From: Azolla caroliniana
Lineage: Eukaryota > Plantae > Polypodiophyta
Assembly: GCA_043228905.1 (NCBI GenBank)
Contig: JBHGNT010000012.1
Coordinates: 14,508,001 to 14,572,000, forward strand
Direction of reading: 5' to 3'
Length of the DNA stretch: 64,000 bases
The position numbers and the translations under genes were made by a program. The notes beneath the pieces were generated by a model. That model saw only the letters and a list, made by a program, of their open reading frames with translations, had not been told where the DNA came from and searched no databases. Shown here piece after piece: positions 1-11,800 of the stretch (within the stretch, counting starts at the first letter, position 1; each line of letters starts with the position of its first letter).

Positions 1-113
1 CTCTCTATCTCTCTACTCACTCTTCACGCTCTTCTTCTAGCGCTACCTCACTCAGTCTCTTCTATTCTAACTCTCACGTTTTGCCCTAAGTGTATTTATG
101 CTTATACACTGTA

Positions 114-721
114 TGTTGGGATTTCGGTCCCTTCGGATGGGATGGTCAGATGTCGGAAATGAATCCCGGTTTCGGTTTCGGATCCGGATGACGAAGACCC
201 CAGCTTCGGTGCCGGATGACGAATGTACCCGGAGAGCGATCCGGATGCAGAGACATATCCGTGAATATGTTCGCTATGGGCCCCTGAGGCTATAGTTGTA
301 AATAGCCCAAAGTCATATAAGTATAAATATGACTTAGGGCAAACTGTTTTGTGGTTGCTACTCATTTTTCTGTTTTTCCACTCAAGAGGAGTGAAGAGAG
401 AGCAGCCGTGAGAGAGAGAGAGAGATAGAGCGCGAGAGACGAAGAGGTAGACGCCTCTGTGTATTTCCGCCGCCTGTGGCGAGGACAGCGAGCTCAAGGT
501 CGTCGCCTTGCAGCTCGCCATTGTATACTTCTCTGTATAGTGTTGGTTTGGAGTCTTGTACTCCCGTGGTTTTTCCCGTCTAGGGTTTTCCACGTTAATC
601 CCTGTGTGCTCGCGTTTTTTATTGTTTCTCCGTGTGGTTCCTATTTTCTGCTACATTGATCCGCGATTAATCGGTTGTGGCCGAGTGGTGAAGGTGAATC
701 CAGAAGCGTCGATTCCCAACA
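114..721 (+). repeat. 5' LTR of Copia-1 (608 bp)
   Basis: TGTTGGG...CCCAACA, TATAAATA at 322-329, (GA)n tract, followed by the Met PBS. Confidence 0.97.
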
Positions 722-751
722 ATCTGGTATCAGAGCGAGCTGTTGCAGAAA

Positions 752-3700
752 ATGGAAGGCGGCGACAGCGGGCAGCCGGGGATGATGGTGCTGAATGCGC
801 AGAATTACGCCGACTGGAAGATCAAGATGGAGGATCTTCTGATTGTTCGGGACCTGTACGAACCGATTGACAGGTCGGAAATACCGAAGGGGGTACTTGA
901 GTCGGAGTGGAAGCTCCTGAACCGGAAAGCCGTAGCGACGATCCGACAATATGTCGATGTAAGCGTCCTACAACATGTGGCGAACGACACCAACGCATAT
1001 GAGATGTGGAAGAAGCTGTCGGGCCTCTACGAGAGGAAGAATGCGTTGAACCGGACCTCCCTGATGAGGAAGATAGTGAACCTCAAGTACCGGGACGGCG
1101 AGAGTATGGTTGAACACGTAAGCACGTTCATGGGATTCGTGAACCAGCTTGCGGCGATTAAGTTCCCGTTGGAGGATGCAATGCAAGCCATCATTCTGAT
1201 GTGCACATTACCGGAAAGCTGGGAGAACTTGGTGGTGACTCTCAGCACCTCCTGCACCGAAGATAACCTGTCCTTACAAACGGTAAAGACAAGTATTTTG
1301 AACGAAGAAGCGTGTCGGAGAGATAAAGAACCGGCCTCCGACTCGAAGGCGCTGCTTACCGAATCGGATCGGGGAAGACAATGGAACCGGAGTCCGCAAA
1401 GACGGGAGAAGTCGGGGACCCGGTCGCAGTCAAGAGGAAGGCCTACATGCTTCCACTGTGGGAAGCCGAGGCACTTCCGAAAGAATTGTCGGCATTATCG
1501 AAAAGACAACGGAGCCGACGACACCGATTCGAAGAAGTCACCGGAGAGAAACGGTGCATACCGGGGAGCCACGGACCGGAGAGGTTCGGATCGGCGAGGG
1601 CAGAACCGGAAAGGAACAACGGCACTCGCGGCAAGTGAGGAAGAAATCATGCTCATCACCGAAGAAGGTGAACTAAACATTGCCGGTGATGAGACGACCT
1701 GGGTGGTCGATTCCGGAGCATCGTTCCACCTGACCCCGGAGAGAAGATACTTCTCATCCTACACAGCCGGTGAGCATGGCTGTGTTCGGATGGGAAATGA
1801 AGGTACGTGCCGGATTGCCGGCATCGGAGACGTGTGGCTGACAACCCCGACCGGATGCAAAATGCTGTTGAAGGATGTCCGACACGTTCCGGAGGTTCGA
1901 TTGAACCTGATTTCAGCCGGGAGGCTAGACGATGAAGGCTACACAGGTAGCATCCGGAACGGCGTAATGAAGTTCAGCAAGGGGAGCCTGATAGTGGCTC
2001 GGGCCCGGAAAGACAACACACTGTACCTGATGAATGCCCGGTTATGTCCGGAAGAGCTGAATGTGGCAGCCGACACTGCCGGTGAGCTGTGGCACAAAAG
2101 ACTGTGCCACATGAGCGAGAAGGGGATGAAGAGGCTTGCAGAAGACAACCTTATTCCAGTGAAGCATGTGCACCTGGAGAAGTGCACCGATTGCCTGGCC
2201 GGTAAGCAGAACCGAACCTCCTTCCACTCAAGGCCACCGACGAGATGTAGCGCACCATTGGAGTTGGTGCACACTGATGTGTGTCAGGTAGAAACGAAGT
2301 CACATGGCGGAGCCCAGTACTTCGTAACTTTCATAGATAATCATAGCCGAAAACTGTGGACGGCACCGATGAAGACAAAGGACCAAGTGTTGTCAGTCTT
2401 CAAAGAACTCCACGCGAGAGTGGAAAGAGAATCCGGCAAGAAACTGAAAGCGATACGAGCGGATAACGGAGGGGAATACCGGGGGCAGTTCCAGGAGTAC
2501 TGTCGCTCGAAGGGAATCCGGCTCGAGTTTACTGTGCCGAAGACGCCGGAACTCAACGGGCTGGCCGAGAGGATGAACCGGACCATAATGGAGAGGGTCC
2601 GGAGTATGCTGGCGCATGCGAAATTACCCAAGGGATTTTGGGCTGAGGCAATGTCGACGGCGACATATGTGATAAATAGATCACCCTCAGTACCTTTGGA
2701 CGGAGACACGCCGCAAAGAGTGTGGACCGGTAGGGAAGTATCCTACCGGCATCTGAAGGTGTTCGGGTGTCTCGCATACGTGCATGTGGCAAAGGACCGG
2801 AGAGGAAAGCTAGATCCAAAGACCCGGCCATGCATATTCCTCGGTTATGGCGACGACGAGTTCGGCTACCGAGTATGGGACCCGGTCGACAAGAAGATAT
2901 TCAGGAGTCGAGACATCATCTTCATGGAGGACAAGACACTCGCCGACTGGGAGTCGGAGAAGAAGATGAAGAGCTCCAAGTCGACCGGTGAGGATCAACT
3001 CTACGAGGAGCAGTCCCGACCGGAAAGGGACCGGTTAGCACTCGAGGATTCGGCCGAAGACGGTGAAGAAACAGAACCGGCTGAAGAAGATGAAAATGAT
3101 ACCGGAACCGGCCCCGATCCCGAAATGGATTTGGATGAAGAAGAATCGGAAGAACCGGCTACCGAAGCTCCGGAACGGAGATACCCTCTAAGAGAGAGAA
3201 GGGCCCCCCGGAGATTTCCGGAACCAGAGCACGTGTTGCTAACCGACGAGGGGGAGCCGGAGAGCGTTGAAGAAGCAAAGCATGACACCCAGAGCCGCAG
3301 GTGGCTGAGTGCCATGCAGGACGAGATGGATTCCCTGCATGAGAACCACACATATGAACTTGTGGAGTTGCCGAAAGGAAAGCGGGCACTTCGAAACAAG
3401 TGGGTGTACAAGCTGAAACCGGGAGATGCCGAAAACCCCCCGAGATACAAAGCCAGGATCGTGGTGAAGGGGTTTCAGCAGAAGAAGGGCGTCGACTTCG
3501 ACGAGATATTTGCCCCGGTAGTGAAGATGACCTCCATCCGGACGGTGCTGAGCATAGCGGCAAGCATGGACCTCGAGGTAGAACAGATGGACGTGAAGAC
3601 GGCATTCCTTCACGGTGACCTCGATGAAGAGATCTACATGCAGCAACCGGAAGGATTCGAGAAGAAAGGGAAGGAGCACCTGGTATGCCGATTGAAGAAG

Positions 3701-4825
3701 AGCCTTTACGGACTGAAGCAGGCTCCCCGGCAATGGTACCGGAAGTTCGACTCCTTCATGACCGATGAAGGGTACCTCAAAACGCAGTCCGACCACTGCG
3801 TATTTGTGAAGAAGTTCGAAGGAGGAGACTTTCTAATACTCCTCCTGTACGTGGACGACATGTTGATCGTCGGACGGGACCAGGTCAAGATACGGATGCT
3901 GAAGAAGGCTCTTCACCGAACCTTCTCAATGAAGGACCTGGGTCCGGCGAGACAAATACTAGGGATGCACATCATCCAGGACCGGAAGAAGAAGCAGTTG
4001 TGGCTGTCACAGGAGAAGTACGTGACGAAGGTGCTTCACCGGTTCAACATGTCGGAAGCAAGACCAGTCGGATCGACCCTCCCGGCAAACTGCAAGCTGT
4101 CCAGCAAGCAAAGTCCCAAGACAAAGGCTGAAAAGGAGGATATGATGAAAGTGTCGTATGCCTCAGCCGTCGGGAGCTTGATGTACGCCATGGTGTGTAC
4201 GAGACCGGACATAGGATATGCAGTCGGAGTGGTGAGCCGGTACATGAGCAATCCCGGCAAAGAGCATTGGAACGCGGCCAAGTGGATACTCCGATACCTG
4301 AAGGGCACAGGAAACGTGTGCCTCCGATTCGGCTCCGGTAAGCCCGAACTCGACGGCTTCACCGATTCGGATATGTCGGCTGATGCAGATACCAGCCGGT
4401 CCACATCAGGGTATGTGATGACGTATGCAGGGGGAGCTGTTTCGTGGCAGTCGAGGCTGCAGAAGACGGTTGCGTTGTCAACCACGGAGGCGGAGTACAT
4501 GGCAGCTGTTGAAGCCGGTAAGGAAATAATATGGATGAAGGACTTCATTAGAGAGCTCGGTATCCGGCAGGAGGAGTACCGACTCTACTGCGACAGTCAG
4601 AGTGCAATCCACCTTGCGAAGAACGCGGCCTATCACTCCCGGACGAAGCACATCCAGCGAAGATATCACTGGATCCGGGAAAGGATAGAAGACAAGGAGT
4701 TCGTGCTGACAAAGATCCACACGGACGAGAATGGGTCGGATATGCTGACCAAGGTGCTCACACCCGACAAGCTGGAAGCATGCCGGAAGAGGATCGGATT
4801 GGAAAGACATCCCATGCCGAAGTGA
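752..4825 (+). CDS. Copia Gag-Pol polyprotein (GAG, CCHC knuckle, protease, integrase, RT, RNase H), about 1357 aa
   Basis: Motifs CFHCGKPRHFRKNC, WVVDSGAS, LWHKRLCH, LELVHTD, IRADNGGEY, QMDVKTAFLHG, LYGLKQAPRQW, LLYVDDML and SDMLTK in copia order. First ATG is at 752 within ORF 743-4825. Confidence 0.97.
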   Translation: MEGGDSGQPGMMVLNAQNYADWKIKMEDLLIVRDLYEPIDRSEIPKGVLESEWKLLNRKAVATIRQYVDVSVLQHVANDTNAYEMWKKLSGLYERKNALNRTSLMRKIVNLKYRDGESMVEHVSTFMGFVNQLAAIKFPLEDAMQAIILMCTLPESWENLVVTLSTSCTEDNLSLQTVKTSILNEEACRRDKEPASDSKALLTESDRGRQWNRSPQRREKSGTRSQSRGRPTCFHCGKPRHFRKNCRHYRKDNGADDTDSKKSPERNGAYRGATDRRGSDRRGQNRKGTTALAASEEEIMLITEEGELNIAGDETTWVVDSGASFHLTPERRYFSSYTAGEHGCVRMGNEGTCRIAGIGDVWLTTPTGCKMLLKDVRHVPEVRLNLISAGRLDDEGYTGSIRNGVMKFSKGSLIVARARKDNTLYLMNARLCPEELNVAADTAGELWHKRLCHMSEKGMKRLAEDNLIPVKHVHLEKCTDCLAGKQNRTSFHSRPPTRCSAPLELVHTDVCQVETKSHGGAQYFVTFIDNHSRKLWTAPMKTKDQVLSVFKELHARVERESGKKLKAIRADNGGEYRGQFQEYCRSKGIRLEFTVPKTPELNGLAERMNRTIMERVRSMLAHAKLPKGFWAEAMSTATYVINRSPSVPLDGDTPQRVWTGREVSYRHLKVFGCLAYVHVAKDRRGKLDPKTRPCIFLGYGDDEFGYRVWDPVDKKIFRSRDIIFMEDKTLADWESEKKMKSSKSTGEDQLYEEQSRPERDRLALEDSAEDGEETEPAEEDENDTGTGPDPEMDLDEEESEEPATEAPERRYPLRERRAPRRFPEPEHVLLTDEGEPESVEEAKHDTQSRRWLSAMQDEMDSLHENHTYELVELPKGKRALRNKWVYKLKPGDAENPPRYKARIVVKGFQQKKGVDFDEIFAPVVKMTSIRTVLSIAASMDLEVEQMDVKTAFLHGDLDEEIYMQQPEGFEKKGKEHLVCRLKKSLYGLKQAPRQWYRKFDSFMTDEGYLKTQSDHCVFVKKFEGGDFLILLLYVDDMLIVGRDQVKIRMLKKALHRTFSMKDLGPARQILGMHIIQDRKKKQLWLSQEKYVTKVLHRFNMSEARPVGSTLPANCKLSSKQSPKTKAEKEDMMKVSYASAVGSLMYAMVCTRPDIGYAVGVVSRYMSNPGKEHWNAAKWILRYLKGTGNVCLRFGSGKPELDGFTDSDMSADADTSRSTSGYVMTYAGGAVSWQSRLQKTVALSTTEAEYMAAVEAGKEIIWMKDFIRELGIRQEEYRLYCDSQSAIHLAKNAAYHSRTKHIQRRYHWIRERIEDKEFVLTKIHTDENGSDMLTKVLTPDKLEACRKRIGLERHPMPK

Positions 4826-4835
4826 AGGGGGAGTT

Positions 4836-5415
4836 TGTTGGGATTTCGGTCCCTTCGGATGGGATGGTCGGATGTCGGAAATGAATCCCGGTTTTGGTTT
4901 CGGATCCGGATGACGAATGTACCCGGAGAGCGATCCGGATGCAGGGACATATCCGTGAATATGTTCGCTATGGGCCCCTGAGGCTATAGTTGTAAATAGC
5001 CCAAAGTCATATAAGTATAAATATGACTTAGGGCAAACTGTTTTGTGGTTGCTACTCATTTTTCTGTTTTTCCACTCAAGAGGAGTGAAGAGAGAGCAGC
5101 CGTGAGAGAGAGAGAGAGATAGAGCGCGAGAGACGAAGAGGTAGACGCCTCTGTGTATTTCCGCCGCCTGTGGCGAGGACAGCGAGCTCAAGGTCGTCGC
5201 CTTGCAGCTCGCCATTGTATACTTCTCTGTATAGTGTTGGTTTGGAGTCTTGTACTCCCGTGGTTTTTCCCGTCTAGGGTTTTCCACGTTAATCCCTGTG
5301 TGCTCGCGTTTTTTATTGTTTCTCCGTGTGGTTCCTATTTTCTGCTGCATTGATCCGCGATTAATCGGTTGTGGCCGAGTGGTGAAGGTGAATCCAGAAG
5401 CGTCGATTCCCAACA
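4836..5415 (+). repeat. 3' LTR of Copia-1 (580 bp)
   Basis: Direct repeat of 114-721 lacking one 28-bp segment. Preceded by the PPT and followed by the TSD. Confidence 0.97.
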
Positions 5416-5420
5416 CTGTA

Positions 5421-5671
5421 TGGGCTATTTACAAATGTAGCCTCTGTTATGTATCATTATTATTATTGCTATAATAATAATAATCAAACTATCAAACAGT
5501 TGACTCACTGTTTTCAACTCTGCGATTGTCGGCTCTCCGAACAATCGGATCTTCCCTGTCTTCGATTGTCGGCACTCCTTGGTCTGATCAGTCGACTCCT
5601 CGTAGTCATCGATTGTCAGCAACTTCTGGACAATCGGTTCCTCCTCCCACTGAAGGGACATATTCCCAACA
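5421..5671 (-). mobile_element. Older related copia-type LTR (minus strand) split by Copia-1; continues at 1-113
   Basis: Reverse complement starts TGTTGGGAATATGTCCCTTC, resembling the Copia-1 LTR start. The rejoined flanks read TTTGTAAATAGCCC...ATAAATACACTTAGGGCAAA followed by a GA-rich tract, the same core as in the Copia-1 LTR. Confidence 0.8.
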
Positions 5672-8194
5672 AAAAGTGCACCCAACCCAATTGGTAAGCC
5701 TACATCATTCAATGTTATTCATGTAAGTTCGAAGATAAATCAAGCACCTACATCATCACGTTATTTATTTGTCTCGGCATTACAATGTGATTGTCCATTC
5801 GTTAAAACCCTTTTCATCTCTATGACCTTTTTCAAATCTTGCGTAACGCTTGTAATCTCCTGACACTCTCGATAACCCTTTTATATATAGAGAGTCACTC
5901 ACCCCTTTCTTTTCCTCTCAAACTCTCGCTCTCTTAAAATCTCCATTCATTTTTACTTTCCCCATTTTTGGTGACAATAATTCCCATTATCTCTTTTCCT
6001 TCTTATTTAATCTCTTTTTAATTTCAAAATGAAGCTACTTTCCCATTAGCTAGGAAGGATTATCACAAAGAGACTGTACAAGGACGCTTATACACAAATC
6101 GAGGAATCTCCCTCCGATCAAGTTCAAGAAAAAGAGACCACTTACATAGACTTTCAGACAGACTACTTAATGTAAGTAGATACCTATAGCTAAAAACGGT
6201 GTCTTTCAATGTTGGCTAGTACGAGCCAACTCTTAGGGCCTAGTACCTACAATGAAGGGAGGTTGGCAGGTGAGTCAGAAACAGCCAGCGTGGGGGCTAG
6301 TAGTTCCACCTCGGGCCACTTCCTCCTTGTGTCACCATAGGCGTGTTCCGCCATTTCTGTCAAAAGTGCAAACAGGCATTGACCATGTCGTTGGAATTCC
6401 CCTTCATATCAATGTGTACATGGAATTATATTAATCTCCTTCATTCCTCCCTTTTTCCATTATGTTCCACATTTTTAAATGTATTTTGTTTGACGGTTGC
6501 GAATGTCTTCGTAGCTATTGTTTGATGATTCATGCATGATCTTGGTTGGTGTTGCTAAACATATGGTTCGAGCTAGTATGTTGGTTGCATGCACGATACG
6601 ACTTGGATTCAAGGGGACTTAGATGAAGTTGAAAGGGCTCGATCAAAGTTTCAGCTAAAATGGGGTGCTTCTCCTATGATGGTCAAATCATCGTCGAGGC
6701 CTAAATGGAACTACTGAGAACCCAGATGGTTGTTTCCGCCAATGGTTTCCATTAGTGGGCATGAGATGTATATATGTATAGCTGCGGTACAAGCAAGTTA
6801 CCATGTAAAAAGAGTCGGTGGGAAACTTTTGTTGTAAATGAGGGGGTGGGGTTTATGATTAATTTTATGGGGAGAAGTGTTAGTTTTGCTGAATATGGTT
6901 GAACTTTGATGTACTTTGTTCGCTAACTAATGTGAAGTAGTGTTTTTTTGGTGAAAAAATAAAAATTCATGCATGATCTTTTTAACGTAATATTTATGTT
7001 AGGATATCTTAACTAAAGGTTTAGGTCCTTTTTAAGCCCTTCTTTATAAAAAGGGGGGGAAAGTTAAATAGTTTAAGAACCCTTAAGGGATATGTGTACA
7101 ATTGTGTTTAAAAGTACATTATTGTAGATAAACAAACTATGTACATATCATAGAACTAATCTTATGTGTTGATACGTCGGTTTCTTTGTTACTTCTAATC
7201 TCTAACACATGTTTGAAAATAATAATTGAAATACCCTTAAGCTTTCATTATTTCCCCAAAATAACATGGTTGAACCCATTTTTGAGCTACATCTTTGCTA
7301 TACATATGGTAAATTCATCTCTACTATGTGAGCAAATATAATAAGTTCATCCCCATCTCTTTTTTTGAGATGTTGAGCAATAATATATGTTGGTACCTAA
7401 TACAATGACATCTCAAGGTCATTGAGGAAATAAATATAAACTTAGGGATATTTTAGACGTTGTAATTTCCGTAAAATTTTCAAAGCACAAGGTAGGAAAT
7501 TTCAACCAAAAAGTTGGCATTTTCCCTTGTGCGGGAGTCCCAAACCTTGGGTTACAAACTTCCTGTAGGTGACGGACAGAACGGGGGATGCATCTAACTA
7601 ATGGCACAGAATCAAATACATGACAAAGTGGCCAATGTCCATGTGAGCTCCACACACTTGAAAATGGATGGAATGTGGGCTTAACGTTTAACGGGCGGTG
7701 ATTCTATTTGCTTTACCCCATCCATTATCAATCAATGCCACAAACATAAGTTGAAAGTCTATTAATGTCACATGGGTGTGTTTGTCGGACAAGTAATGAA
7801 TGAGAAACGACGTGTTTTCTCATTTTTCAACAAACATGTACGGGACCGCTTTATTGGCAATTCGACCAAAAAAATAATATCGCAACCGAAGAGAAGATAT
7901 GTTATGTTGTGTGTGACAAGCTGTGAGATCCATGATGATGTTGTGCCCGGCCCGACCAAAGAGATACATACATACATACATACATACGTTTCTAGAGCTC
8001 TTTGTCGGGTTACAAGGAAGACAAAAAAAACAAGTGAATGGAAATATTTTGAAGAAAACGATTGAGGGGTAGTACAAATAATAAAGCAAAACGTATTATA
8101 TTTATCAAAATTTATTTATTTACTTATTTTTATTAACGCTTTGATAATAAAAAAAATCCGATCTCTTCTTAAATTTGATTTGGCAGGACGAGAT

Positions 8195-8360
8195 TGCTGA
8201 CGTGGCAGGGCCGTACTTCTCTCGAGGGGCGTGCGATCTCGCTGACGTCACCCGGGGGTGCCAGCGGTGATGTCAGGCCGTCACGTGGGATCCACGTGGG
8301 CGGCACCCCGCGCCACGTGATAGGCCTCGCTGACGTGGCGCCAGAGATGACGTGGCACTC
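8195..8360. promoter_or_regulatory. GC-rich cluster of seven ACGT-core boxes (G-box/ABRE/C-box like)
   Basis: TGACGTGGC at 8198, 8331 and 8348; TGACGTCA at 8243; CACGTG at 8282, 8293 and 8314, all in an AT-rich background. Confidence 0.5.
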
Positions 8361-11300
8361 AGCCCCCGCCCGCATATTTTTACATATAATATGTATGCAT
8401 GCACATATCTATGTACATACATACATATATGAAGGAAAAGAATAAAGGAAAAAAAAAACATTTATTAACGAAGCGCTCTCTCTTTGTAAATTGTGGATGT
8501 GGATGTTTTATTTTGGGAGGATGTTATGTAATATGGATGTATGTATGCATGCATTGCTTTGGAATTGAATATGTATTCTTCTCTTCTTAAATGGAAGAGT
8601 GAGTAAAAGGAAGAGGGAGGGGCCCACACATCATCCCATGGTGATAGTCATGACTCATGAGTGCCCCCCCCCATACATAGTACAAACCTCTCGGCTCTCG
8701 CTATGGCCTCTCCATTAGACCCACAACACGAGGCCCATGCCCGATTTCCGGACTACCCTCCTGTTCAGACTCGTAAATGCACCGCTCGGACAATGCCTCC
8801 TAATACTTGGCACACATCCTAGTTTCAAAGCGGGTTCTAAAGGAAAATTTGCGCCGATTTGAATTTGGTGTGCTATCTCTGTTTGTTGCGTCCCCACGCA
8901 TGCTTGCACACAAAAAATGTTGTTGCAACTTTATCGACATATGTTTATGGTACTAATGCACATGGACATTTCCAACATTCCAATGTAATCTTACATAATC
9001 TCCTGTTGTCTATGTCACCCATCAGTGTGACACCATGATCCGGAATTTATACGAAACACGTGACAATGACGCGCACTAGTAGGTACAAACATCTTAGGGG
9101 CCCTTCAAAATCCTAGATGAAGAGTTCGCACTAAAATCACATTGACAAACTACTGCATGATAAGACAAAATTATTGTATATGGATGGGGATACCAAATCA
9201 CAATAGAACAATATATCATGTTAAAGTCCTGGGGTCTTTTCATTAATCATTAATCTTGGAAATCTCGTCAATGTCCCCATGTTAGCTCCTTGTAATGCAT
9301 CCAAGAGAAAAGTAGCAACTTTGTTTTTTTCATTGGATATGTTATGCAACTTTCCTAAAATTTGTTACAAGTTTTGACAAACACTCACTAGGTGCATACG
9401 ATATGTTTTTATGTGTGTATGCGAGTGTGCAACCTATGCACGTTTATGTTGACTAATCCTTTGATATATGTGCGAGTTACCACTAGGCACTAGCACACTT
9501 TCTTATCGTCTTGGATACAAACGAAACATGTTAATATATTAAATATCATGTGGGATGATTGAAATAGATTTAACAAGCATTGGTAAACCAAAGGACACTA
9601 TTTGCCAGCTAGCGAGCACAATGTGTGTGCCACGAATATTAGGGGGTGACCATTGATTTCAAGGTTACATTCTTAGCCGGCAATATTGAAATCAATGGTT
9701 CATAGCGAGTAGGATGTAATGTTCTCCATGTTATTGTTGCCCACGAGGAGTGCTACTAACTTTGTGGACACGAAACACTAAAAATCGAAAATGGCTCGAG
9801 ACGATGTGAATCAATTTATTGACCCGAGACTATGTGATCATCGATAGATTCAACCTAACATATGATCAAGTTAATGCGTTCAAAGTGTCAAAGTGTATAT
9901 CTGTTGAAATTATTGTGGTACTATTTATTGTTTTATTATGTTGTCATGATTTGTGAATAGTAAGTATATGTGCTTGGATGTGAATGCCTAGGCTTCTTAG
10001 TTGCATTCATATGCTCTAATTGCATGATTGCATATATAGGGCATTGAGTGGTGGATGACATCATTGAAGCGTGATAGAAAGTTTACTTATCAGTTGTACC
10101 ATAATTGCTAAGAAGTTCAATAATGCATCTAAAATAATACAACAAAACAAGTGATCCTTTGATTTTTAGATGTGTTGCTTTTTAGGAGACTATGGATTTA
10201 TTATTAGCCTCCTATCCATCCTAACTAATGGTTTTTAACAGCTCTTGAAATTTTCACTTGAATCTTGCATAGAAGAAAAAGAAATCACGTAAGCTTTCAA
10301 ATAAACAAGTTAAATCTATTGGAATTGGTCATTTTGACATATGACACTATACTTTCCTCGAGAGTTGTTGGTGACTCTCCAAGGTATTGTCATTATGGTT
10401 ACTCAACAAGCCTTAAGTCGTGAATCCAATTCCAAGTAGTAGCCACCAAACAAATATGATAAGTCTCACTAGAAAAGAGTGTGCTCATGTATTCACATAT
10501 TAGAAGAAAATGGATATTTTTGTCATGGAGTATGGATGCTACGACGAGGCACTATTGGTGGTTTTCAAATATCCGTAATCATGCTTTTTGCATCATCCAT
10601 GAACGCATCAAGAGTATGGTATTATTGGGGCATGTAGGTCATGCGAGGATTGTAATGGAGTGCAACTGTTTTCTAATAGGAATCATGTTGCGAATATCGA
10701 TAACATTATGATCCACACTATAAAATATGTTGAAATTCTTATTATTATCATGGTCCATGACCCAATGCCATCTGGTGCAATATGCTAACACACGTTGATG
10801 AGGATTCAGAACACAAAGATGTACGCGCATTCCAACCTCCACATGTCAGTATTTGGATGGCACTTATCAACTAGAAGTTTATATCACTTTGTTGGGGCAA
10901 CTATTAAATATTAAAGAATGAGAGTGCTATTCAAAAGATTCAAAGCAAAAAGGAAAGATGGACAAGCTGATTTGTGGTTTGGATTTATCGTGTAGGTGGT
11001 ATCCGAGCATCATATACAATGCAAGGAGGAAAGCCTTCAACGAGGCATGCTCAACGATTCGAGCTACCATGGAACATGTGGGATGGATGATCATGCACAC
11101 ATAGTTCACCTACAAAGTTGGGACGGGGGTGGGGATTTGTTACATTTTCCTTGAAACATGATATAGTTTATCTAGACCTAGACCAGGTGATTGGTTTTAA
11201 GTTTTTATTGTGGATAAAATTGGGGGGGGGGGGGGGGGGACCTTTTCGTTCATGGAGTAAAACATAAACATCCTCAATATGTACGAGATAGAACAAGAGG

Positions 11301-11489
11301 AATATGTATTAATGAGAAAAATACACTAGAGAAAGATTACAAAAGACAAAAGAGCGCAAATTGCATTTGAGCAGATAAGTCGTCGAGTGTGTCTGCGTAT
11401 GCGTGCACAAACGACAACAATAACAATACGGCCCACAAATGACAACAATAAGAGTAAGGTCCACAAACGACAACAATAACAATAAGGCA

Positions 11490-11800
11490 GAAGAGGAAGA
11501 AGAAATGAATCTCGAATCTCGAATAAACTTAGGTAGGAGTGTAGGATTCGGTGAAACCATTAAGATAGTAAATATAAGATACTAGAAATGGTGTAATGGG
11601 ATGGATCGTGCCAACAATAACAGTAAGGCCGAAGAGGAAGACGAAGAAGAAGAAATGAATCTTGAATCTCGAATCTCGAATCTTGAATAAACTTAGGTAG
11701 GAGTGAAGGCTTCGGTTTCGAGCGAAGGGCTTCGGCGAAACCATTAAGATAGTCAATATAAGTAAGATACTAGAAATGGTGTAATGGGATGGATCGTGCG
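11490..11800 (+). repeat. Imperfect tandem duplication (about 170-190 bp period)
   Basis: GAAGAAATGAATCTCGAATC...AAACTTAGGTAGGAGTG...AAACCATTAAGATAG...AGATACTAGAAATGGTGTAATGGGATGGATCGTGC occurs twice. Confidence 0.75.

Larger units (their letters stand above)
114..5415 (+). mobile_element. Full-length intact Ty1/copia LTR retrotransposon (Copia-1)
   Basis: LTRs 114-721 and 4836-5415 (TG...CA, near identical). TSD CTGTA at 109-113 and 5416-5420. PBS TGGTATCAGAGC (tRNA-iMet) at 725-736. PPT GAAGGGGGAG at 4824-4833. Single uninterrupted polyprotein ORF. Confidence 0.98.

Noticed and set aside
4478-5416. 312-aa minus-strand ORF and other antisense ORFs over copia/gypsy coding regions
   Set aside because: These are shadow ORFs of GC-rich retroelement sequence and LTRs, with no domain motifs.
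9600-11100. Possible decayed DNA-transposon or other coding remnant
   Set aside because: It has a coding-like texture but no recognisable motif, TIR or TSD.
11222-11239. Poly-G runs (also 26433-26452) as G-quadruplex elements
   Set aside because: They are plain homopolymers with no supporting context.
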